Shown one piece after another: positions 1 through 9,189 of a stretch of DNA of 18,647 nt; positions within the stretch are counted from its first letter, which is position 1, and every line of letters begins with the position of its first letter. The position numbers and the translations under genes are program-made. The notes beneath the pieces were generated by a model. The model made no database searches. It worked only from the letters and a program-made list of their open reading frames with translations, and was not told where the DNA came from. Location: NCBI GenBank assembly GCA_024626585.2, contig JANKJI020000002.1, positions 100,273,035 to 100,291,681 of the forward strand, given 5' to 3'. The stretch comes from Ginkgo biloba. Taxonomy: Eukaryota > Plantae > Ginkgophyta.

Positions 1-1133
1 AATCAAGTGCCACTTTTTAGATTCTCCCTTGATGCATCTAATCTCCAACTTACCAAAAGGAAGATTAATGAGCTTATCCAAGGAGATATTTATAGAGATT
101 ACCTTCAGACCACAAGGATCTCCACACCCAAACCTCTTAGCCTTATGGCCTTTTACTTCAAGCACTTTCTTCGCTTATTGGAGAACACCATTGACTTGTT
201 GAAGTAATTGCACCTACACATGCCAAACAACATGTGGTCCCTTATTTGTCAATTCAAAGTTTATTCTTAGTAACTTCAAATAGAGGCTAAGCATCATTTT
301 CCTAGGGACTAATGCATCTACAAGATCTATTCATTAGAGGTCAAGAAAGAGAAATAGTATCTTTCGGGCTCTCATCTTTTAAGAAATTAGAGGGAGATAC
401 TATTGCCTTTCCAAAGATGTAGGAGGATCCCTCTCCACATTCATCTCTTAACCAAGGACCAACTATGCATAACCCTATTTCTTATAGAGGTCCTTCTCAC
501 AATCACTTCTCAATAATTACTACAAATTGCTAGAGTTTAGATAATCACTTCTTTCCTTTCGTCAATGACCTTGTAGCTAAACAAAAATGCCCATTGTGCA
601 CCTTCAGGGTTCAATGGGATGTTAGACATTACTAAGAGACCAAGCCCAACCACCAACCTCCTATACAACATACTAGGAGGTGCCCTATCTTTATGTCAAT
701 GACCCTAGCAGCTAGAGAGAANNNNNNNNNNCATGCACCTAGAGCATTTCATCCAAGCAAATCCATGTTTTTTGTATTTACTGATAAACCCTATTTTCTA
801 CAAAATTTTTAGATTGTTGTAAATTAATGTAAACTATCTACAAAATAAATTTCTATAAATAGTATGAGCTAGAATTCATGTTTTATTCAAATAAATTCAA
901 AACCCTAATTGTGCATGAACGACTCATACAGAGTAGGGTGACTCAACCTAAGGTTCCATTTTAATGTATTTATGGCTATTTATTGTTTCTTAGGTGCATG
1001 ATATCAACTATTAATTTAGGAAACTTTCCCTTGCATCATGAAAGTCGTTTTGCCCTACTAAAGCACAAACCCTATATTGGTGTCTTAGACAACATGGTTG
1101 ATAGTAAGGGACCTTGCTCAGAACTTATTTGTC

Positions 1134-1298
1134 ATGTGTGTGTGTGTATGTATGTATGTCCATAGCAAAGTATGTATGTATGTATACGCGCACANNNNNN
1201 NNNNNNNNACAACATATATATACACACATATATATATATTTGCACATTTTTTGGACTTAACTAGCATTCAGGTCATACACACACACACACATATATAT
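1134..1298. repeat. Compound microsatellite (TG)n/(TATG)n followed by (CA)n/(TA)n
   Basis: tgtgtgtgtgtgtatgtatgtatg...tatgtatgtatgtata, then a 14-N run, then catatatatacacacatatatatata...cacacacacacacatatata. Confidence 0.9.
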
Positions 1299-1330
1299 GC
1301 ACATTTTTTGGACTTAACTGGCATTCAAGT
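1241..1330 (+). repeat. Direct duplication, 33-bp core, period 57 bp
   Basis: tgcacattttttggacttaactagcattcaggt (1241-1273) vs tgcacattttttggacttaactggcattcaagt (1298-1330): 2 mismatches. Each copy is preceded by a (CA)n(TA)n tract. Confidence 0.9.
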
Positions 1331-4239
1331 GAAAGATACCTAATATGAGGGTTTGAGTTGTTGTTCAAGCATATACCCTCATGATGACTAACCTTATTAC
1401 TATTGTTATAGTCATAGAGTTTATTGACCATGCCAACATCTTTTTGTTACAGAAAATATGGAACACAAAGAGACAAGATAAACCCTGAGAAGATACTCAA
1501 TATTGCACTAGTAAAAAAGAAGTAAAAAACTCCTTATATGAAAGTACATTAAGTTGAGTCACATCACTTTTATCAATGTGGGATATCTCACTTAAGTGAA
1601 AAGTAACTTAACAACAAAATATGACATAAAGTCAATNNNNNNNNNNNNNNNNNNNNNNNNNNNNNNNNNNNNNNNNNNNNNNNNNNNNNNNNNNNNNNNN
1701 NNNNNNNNNNNNNNNNNNNNNNNNNNNNNNNNNNNNTTTTTGAAAGTGGCTATTGTAACTACTTATAGGACGTTCTTGTTAGCAGTGGAGGGCATCACTG
1801 TTTGTCCAAATCACTGAGCAGAAGTCCCAAGTCTATGTGACCCGTTGAAAACGTTGTTGAAGCAATTGGTGAAGACGTTTTTGGTAAAAACATTTTGTTG
1901 AAAGGCAATGGTTGCTTGCAAAATAGTGGTTTGGGGCAAAATGCTACAGGCATAATCGCTAAACATTGAAGCAAACAAGTGAAGGAATTTGTTTCCAAAA
2001 ACCTCTCTGTGAAGAACGTTGGAGCATTTTTTTCATCTAAGGAGAAAACTATGGGTGGAAAATTTCACAGCCAGTTTGCTTCCCTTGCGCTTGCATGACT
2101 TTTGTAGCCACGGCATCAAGGGTGGAGGAGTTTTGAGCGGCTCACAGAGAGCCCATTTGAGAAGTCACGGACAAGGAAAGAGCACACACAGTAGGAAAAC
2201 AAGCTGAAACATTTTTTTCTTCTCCATGTGAAAAAATCCTTCAAACATGAGTCTAAACTCTACCTAATATATATTCAAAAGTATCCCTTATTTCAACAAT
2301 TAGAGGCACTTCTAGATATTTAACCCCTAACCTACATGCAACCATTTTTTCCATAACTTGCAATGTCACAACAAATTACTCAATATCCTAAAAACACAAG
2401 AATATTTCTTTGGTTATCACTAGTTTATCCTTCTCTTATTACTCTTACAATGACTAAATCACTATCAAGAATTGATCTCTGTTGTGTGTCATTTTTAATC
2501 TTAGAGCATAAATGCAAAGCCCCCATTTAATTCACACTATCACATCATATAGTAACTTCACCTTCATGGAATGACATGTATCACAACCATGTCATTGATC
2601 AAATTTAATTTTTTTAGGATTTTAAGCTCTTTCATTTTGGGGATTTGAGAATTCAATCCATGTATGTAATAGTGAAGAAATGAACCTCCACATCAACAAA
2701 TTAAAAGCCTAATCTATTATAATTTTTCCAATAACCTCATAAAATTTGACATATTACCTTTTTAGGTATAGGATTTTGGGAAAAGTTTGCTTCATCTCTT
2801 GATAAACCTCTAATCCCCAAACTTTGATACTTTATGTGATATACTTTGAACATAACACATAAATTAAGAAGGTTTAAATTTTTATCTCAGGTTTGTATAC
2901 TTTCTCTAGAATTTTAAGAATTTTGAGAGTTGATTTCCCTTATTTAACACTTCAAAACTTGAATCCTCCCTATAAGACATTGGTGGATGTGAGTCTTCCT
3001 ATGAATAAAATTTCCATTTGGGTATAATAAGTGTCACTATGGGTTAAATCAACCTGAGGTAGTTAGTTGTCAACTTTCATGCAATTTCTCCAATGATTCT
3101 AACCTACAAAACTAGATTAGGCTATTAGCATGAATTAAACAACTATGGGGATATCTATTGCCAAAAATCATTTTACATTTGATGATACAAAAACTAGTTG
3201 CTCATTCAAATATTAGGACATAATTCCTTTTAATAGTTGGGCATCTCTTCTCTTGTTATGGCCGAATTTATCTTCTCATTCATTCTTTGGGCATTTTCTC
3301 CAAAATTTCACTAATTTTCATGACTACTATTTTCACAGAATTGAGGTCCCATTCATGGGTTAGTGATGTGGCCTTCCTAGGGAGAAGTGCTCCTTGAGGG
3401 TATGCAGATCTCAAAATCTTATAGTTTTAAAACCTTTACTTTTGATTATATCTTTTATTACCACATGCAATATATTTTCCTCATAATGTTAGTGTCATAA
3501 ACATGTCTTTTCATACATTCCAAACATGCTACAAATACATGAACTTGAAAAGATAACTCTTGCGATAAAATTGGTGCCACAAATCACTTCTATGGCTCAA
3601 AATCTATTATGAAACTATAGGATTATTATGGGAGAAATTTTCATTAAATGTAGGATTAGAATCATTAAAATCCCCTTCAAGATCTTTGCAAGATAGTATG
3701 TAGGGTGTGGGAGGTGAAAGAAATAAAAGAGATAAAGAGAATGGGTAATGAGAAACATTCATTACTTCTCATTACCCCTCTGCATAAACTAATGATTGAG
3801 CCTATAATCATAAATAATTTATTTTGGGCAACATTAGTCTTATGCAAAGCCTCTCTTCATGGAAATCTTACCCTGGCATGTCACATGGAAATCCCACAAA
3901 GAAGGTTGATTACAAATGAATCTACTACAATAAAGAGTTATATGTTGATGATCAAGGAATGATTTTTTATGCTACTTTCAACAAATCACCAAGTTCCAAA
4001 TCAATCCAAATGGAGTTGATATGCTTCATGAAACACCGTTTATCCTTAAGCCATGAGAATACCATGTGTCGAGACAAACTCAACCTACAAGATGCATTGA
4101 TTATATACTTATTATTATAAGTGAATAAGAATAATTATACCATTTATAATAATTCTTACTTGCTTTGCTTGTCTTTTCAAGGTACATAAATGTATGTACC
4201 CTTTCCTTATGATATTTTTAGTTCTTTCATACTACAGTA

Positions 4240-4480
4240 TCTTTCTAATTTTTTCTTAGTTGTATATTCTCTTCACCAATGAATTTTAGGATAGGACCCC
4301 ATATATTTGGAGCTCTTTCTTTGGATTTGTTATATGTTCCTTGGGATAAAAACCTTGTCTTATCTTTCACATGTAGTACCAAAAAGCAATGGATTGGCCA
4401 TTTTGACTATGTTAGAAATTTTGTGAAGCTTAAAATATTCTATAAAAGGCATGGATCTAGGAAAGGAATGCCACAAAGGA
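4240..4480 (+). mobile_element. Possible heavily decayed, internally deleted L1 ORF1 fragment
   Basis: NFFLVV/FSS...GPHIFGALSLDLLYVPWDKN resembles the DUF4283 'GFFLVxF...GPWxFG...LxPW' motif. It is followed by QWIGHFDY...KIFYKRHG../EC, which resembles the zinc-knuckle region. The intervening VWV...LP segment is absent. The match is weak. Confidence 0.35.
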
Positions 4481-5463
4481 GAAAAAAGTACGCAAGTGAT
4501 ATAGGACAGAAAACATTAGTGAGAATTAGAAGCATAAGGAATGTGGTATGGGTGGGGACTGAGTAGGGGTGGTTGGATGAGGAGAATGTGGAGGAATGTT
4601 ACCCCTTTCTTTATCATTGATTATAGTCGATTGCATCACCTCTATTATAAAATATGATATGGGAAGGGAATGGAAGGTGTTGGAAATAAATATGAATGAT
4701 GAAAGGTATGAAGTGGAGATTGACACTGCTTTCACTGGTGGTTTGTCAGCCATTGAAACCCTATTTTAGACATCAAAAGTAGATGGCTTAAGATGGATCA
4801 TTAGTGAAACAGTATGCAAATCTTCTCACTTCAAAATATGGACCTAAGCATTAGAGGATTTTACGGGGATAAGTCAAGCAAAATGATGAAGGAAAGGATT
4901 TGTAGCAATGTTGCTTGACATTTAAACCTCAAGATCCTTTTGTCTAGGGGTAATGACTATTCATTAGATCATGTCATATAATATGGTATGTCGCCTAGCA
5001 TTTCATTTTCTAGAAATCATTGATGACCATTTTTTATAATAGTATAATGACTCTTGATAAATATTGTATCTCTTATAAGGAACTATGCTCCAAATATTCT
5101 CCATTATTGTACTTGTAACTTAGTTCCACTTGTAATGAGCTAGAGAGATGTCCTAGGCTATAGCCACCTCAGCCTCTATATTTTTCTCCCTTGTGAATGG
5201 TCCTTTGTATCATTTTCATATCAAAATAAAGGAAATATTTACATACTCACATTATTCTCATTTTAAAAATTCATGTGATTTGAATAAAAAATTTACTTAT
5301 TGTAGAATATTNNNNNNNNNNNNNNNNNNNNNNNNNNNNNNNNNNNNNNNNNNNNNNNNNNNNNNNNNNNNNNNNNNNNNNNNNNNNNNNNNNNNNNNNN
5401 NNNNNNNNNNNGTCAATTCCAGATTCAAACTATAAAAAACAAAATTTAGGATTATATATATAA

Positions 5464-5534
5464 GTCCCCTATTTGTCGTACCCATATTTCCAGGGTACCC
5501 AAACTAGGGGCACGCACCAGTACCTTGCGTCCCC
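5464..5534. repeat. Cluster of GT(A/C)CCC motifs in both orientations; possible DNA-transposon (hAT/MITE-like) subterminal remnant
   Basis: gtcccc 5464, gtaccc 5478, gggtaccc 5493, ggggcac 5507, gtacc 5520 and cgtcccc 5528 form a GC-rich patch in AT-rich DNA. No TIR pair or TSD could be established. Confidence 0.4.
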
Positions 5535-7917
5535 CCATTCCTATAAACCCATGCAACCTTGATCTACACCCTAACACCCTCTCCTTATAGTTATTGTGTT
5601 CATGTTAATTTTCTCAGGGCTTCAGATCTCTTATATAGTGTTTACAGAACCAATTTTAAGCCTTTCACAGCCTAAGATTTTGGTATGCATTTTAGTATTA
5701 TAAATGACATGGTTGCACTATGATTCACCTCAATGTCTTGCTAAATTTTAAGCATATAACATAATTTTGTTATGCTGTATTTATGGTAGAATTTGGGGTT
5801 TTAATAACCCTGAACTATGTCATGATGTCTGCCAAAGAATCCTTCTGAAACCCTATGTGAGCAACACTAGAATGGAACCCTAAAGGGTAACGGTGCATGA
5901 GTGGCATGACGAGGATCAGAGAGTCACTATGGAGACAGGACACCATAGTCCATGTGTTCAAAAATCATGTTAGTACATGATTAATTGTTTTACGTGCTGT
6001 TTGAATATATGCATGCACAGTGGGCTTGCTTGAACCTGGTTGAGTGATCAGGGGTATATTAGGAACACAATATAAAAGAGGAGGTATGGGAGTAGTTACA
6101 ACTAGTGGCGGAATCACCAAAGATAAATCACTCAAATATATAAGTTGTATCTTCATCTACTCAGATCTAAAGTGTAAGTGTCCCTCATATAGTATCACAA
6201 ATATCCATTTGTTGCTTTTGGAATTCAATGGATTATAAGGGGTGGTGTGTAAGTCTTGAGAGGAAGAATAGTTCCTGTCAGAAAGCTTCATGATCATCCT
6301 TGATTTGGTGTATGGTTTGCTACCATAAAAATCGTAATGCTGTGTAATCAGATGGTCATTTGCTGCTTTTGTTATTTGGTGGATTGTAAGAAGTGATCTC
6401 TTACTCTTAAAAGCAAGAGCAGTTTGTATCAAGAAGGTTAGTGATCATCCTTTATGCTCTTACACATCTACATGATTGAGTAGCACCTTCCAAGGGCAAA
6501 CATGTTTCAATGGGGAGGAGTATGGTATGAAAAGCAACAAAGCACAACTAATGCCTTCTGGACATTTTTGCTAGCAAGCATGGTTGTATAACATAGGGAG
6601 ATCCTTAAAACTTAATTGAGGAATGTGTGCACATTCATGCTAATGACCCATATAAGGTTAATATAACCTTTAAGGCTTTACCTAATACCAAAGGGTAACT
6701 TCTGTATCGTTGTAGCTAACACAAAGAATTTAGTGCAGTACTGTTCGGTCCAAGCCCCACAAAGGACTCTCCTATAACACATTCTTGCCTAAGACTCCCC
6801 AAGTGACTGAAGTTATGGTTTTGATGCAGGATACCAGAGGAAGAAGTGAGAGCCTTTAGAAATCATCATCAATCAATACGAACTCATGAAGGAAAAGACA
6901 TCAGAATCCGCAGTTTGGTTCAGAACCATCAGATAAAGTGTACCTAGCAGGCAATAATCTACATTGATATGTCTTAAAGCCTGCTTCGAGGACAGAGCAT
7001 GGTGAGGGAGGAGGCATCGTAGCAAACGTTCTCAAATTATTTCTCAAAAACTGAGATAAAAACAATAGGATAGAAGTCAGTAATGGATTAATAACATTCA
7101 GCTGTTAACAAAAGTAACTACAGACCAATGACTTCAAACTAGAGCTCAATAAGTGAGGGTGGGAATTCTGGTAGTGAGTCATTGTAGAATACATGTAATA
7201 TGGGGACAGATAGCTCTGAGTGTAGATATCTGATGAGCTACTTTTGTGTATACCAACATTCTCCTGCAAGAGAACAAAAGTACAATCTGATATGTGGAAT
7301 TTGAACTTGGGCTGGAGGGCTTTCAGACTATGTCCTGACTCATATAAGGGCAATGAAGTGCAGGTTTGACTAACACATGGATCAGTTTCATATGCACGGT
7401 GTTCACTATGTGATCTATGCATATTACATCTAACACTTTCTTGGCTTAGCCATGTGGTGAAGGCAGTAGACTTTCACCAATTGGGCCAGGCTGATCTTCC
7501 AAGGAGGATAGAGAGGAACACACCTGTAAGCTAATCTTTCGACACATATTCTTTCAGGAATTATTGCCTTGCTTAGTCATGCATATTATCAGGATGTTGC
7601 TGAAGTAGGCAGGAGAACCAGTTCATTCTCTCTAAAATTCGATGGGTTTTAGTCATTCTAGCTAGTTGTCAAAGAATATGATTCAGCATTTATGGTTAAA
7701 TTATTGGGACCAGCTCCACTCAACTTACATTGTATAGATGAAAGCCCCAGTGCATGCCCACTTAGTGAAATATTTTGCACACTGTGGGACCTGTTTAACT
7801 TTTATCAAACCCCATGCTTTTCAATAATGAATTCTCAGACCAGAGCTAAACAGAAACAGGTGATCTATTGTACAATATGTTGCAAGTCATATTGAAAAAC
7901 AGTGATCCATATAGTAC

Positions 7918-8225
7918 CTTCATAGGTATGGCAACTGACAAAGGCATCTATTGCACCCAAACTCTGCCATGCTCTGTCAACTGCCCCATCCACAGTTTGC
8001 TCACTGCCATTCACATTCAAGTCAATCACTTCAACATTTTCAGCTCTCCTCTCACCCCCTTCATCCATAGAATTCATTATACGCTTTGCAACAATACCAA
8101 GCTGGCTTTCCATTGCCAGCCAACACAAGCCTGCAGTCGGTTCTAACTAAATTGAGGGCTAAGTTAAAGGACACCTCATCTCCGTTGCTGGTGACCAATA
8201 ACCTTTTACCAGAAAGATTCTTCAT
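7918..8225 (-). pseudogene. Exon 1 of an atypical plant SDR (NAD(P)-binding Rossmann fold, At3g01980-like) with a +1 frameshift; pseudogene or sequence error
   Basis: ATG at 8225. ORFs 8061..8279 and 7865..8128 join if one G is removed at 8110/8111 (AAT GGA AAG C vs AAT GAA AGC). The result is MKNLSGKRLLVTSNGDEVSFNLALNLVRTDCRLVLAGN/ESQLGIVAKRIMNSMDEGGERRAENVEVIDLNVNGSEQTVDGAVDRAWQSLGAIDAFVSCHTYEG. The 'KRxLxTSNGDEVS', 'CRLVLxGNE' and 'AVxxAWxxxGxxDAFxxxxTYxG' pattern matches the N-terminal half of this SDR subfamily (from memory, not a search). Homology ends exactly at a phase-1 donor GAAG|GTAC (intron starts at 7917). Confidence 0.88.
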
Positions 8226-8640
8226 ATTACAATCGATTCTCGCGGTTTCACAACTTCCAAATTCAAAATGTCGTGCCAAAACAAATTGGATTCAACTACG
8301 TTGAGAACAAATTGTGTAAAATCATGCCAAAAGTTCTAGAAAAGTCCCCAACTCCCACCTAATCTTGATTAGTGGGGTCGACCGGGACTATGAACAGAGG
8401 CGTACAATGTGCGTAGACTGCAAACGATAACTAACTGTTCACGTTCTTTGCATGCCGTTGACATCGGCCGAGAAAATTGACCGAACTCTTTGCAGCATAG
8501 GAAGGGTGCTTTGTTTGGCAATTGGGCAAGCTTCTAAAATCAGGGTTTACTTGGATTCCAGGCAAGCTGTATAAAACTGTATTCCTGTTTATTTGCAATT
8601 TAGCCTTCCCGTCAACGCAATTTTCGCATAAACGCTTTTT
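8226..8640 (-). promoter_or_regulatory. Probable 5'UTR/promoter of the SDR (CpG-retaining region)
   Basis: About 20 CpGs counted by eye in 8130-8640, versus about 2 in the 1.5 kb at 2200-3700. Lies directly upstream of the ATG. No TSS or TATA box can be firmly assigned. Confidence 0.5.
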
Positions 8641-9011
8641 TTGTGATTCTGTTTCAAGTCTTTTTATAGGCCTTTAAGAAAATTAATTTGAGGAGAAATT
8701 GGATAGGAGATTTAGACAAGTGTGAAGTTTAATTAAAAATCTGTCTTATGATGAGATTGTGCAAAAGTGTGTTGATAATTTTCAAGTGTCGAAGCTTCAT
8801 TTTGAGCATGTCATATGTTCTCTACACATTCTCTCGTTGGTCCCACATTGGTTGTGTGGGTCCTTTGGCGATTTAAAAAGGCTCAATATACCATGAACCT
8901 TGTGCAAATTAAGATGAAGAGATTTTGAAAGCTCTCATGATTTTTATACTAGTGTAATGGTTAATTGGCTAAGATTGTGAGTCAAATCTCATTTGATTTT
9001 CCACAATCTTT

Positions 9012-9189
9012 GAAGGAGGGTGTTGTTAGGTGCGTATGTATATAAATTTATCAGTTATTGCCTCTGCAAGCTATTAATACTAAGTTGGATGCGTCTTGGA
9101 ATTGCTTCTACTACATTAAAATTCCTCTCTCTTTGAAGGCGTCAAATCATTTTCTTTGATATTTTAATAGTATTAGGCATTTATTAACA
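9012..9189 (+). mobile_element. Possible copia-type polypurine tract plus short 3' LTR remnant
   Basis: gaaggaggg (9012-9020) is followed immediately by TGTTGTTAG, with a TATATAAA inside and a TAACA end at 9189. An upstream gtcccacattgg motif (~8841) resembles one common in copia-type LTR regions. No partner LTR or coding domain was seen. Confidence 0.3.

Noticed and set aside
1241-1330. CRISPR-like repeat-spacer-repeat
   Set aside because: Only two copies, the 'spacer' is a microsatellite, the context is eukaryotic, and there are no cas genes.
1098-1343. 81-aa ORF rich in C/V/M/Y/H/T
   Set aside because: Translation of microsatellite sequence.
2164-2226. Minus-strand signal-peptide-like mini ORF MEKKKMFQLVFLLCVLFPCP*
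   Set aside because: It stops after 20 codons and no frame continues into a recognisable secreted protein. Hydrophobicity is expected from the T-rich composition.
5927-6670. Small hairpins (actatgg/ccatagt at 5927, aatcatgt/acatgatt at 5963, aaggtta/taacctt at 6654)
   Set aside because: Stems of 7-8 bp are expected by chance in AT-rich DNA of this length, and there is no supporting context.
8105-8120. Programmed ribosomal frameshift or tiny intron as explanation for the SDR frame break
   Set aside because: No slippery heptamer and no GT...AG pair. Homology is continuous if a single base is removed.
8226-8279. N-terminal extension MARHFEFGSCETARIDCN of the SDR
   Set aside because: It starts at a TTG chosen by the ORF finder. 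The ATG at 8225 matches the expected family N-terminus.
7868-8304. Plus-strand ORFs 7868..8146 and 8086..8304
   Set aside because: Antisense shadows of the SDR exon with no recognisable protein features.
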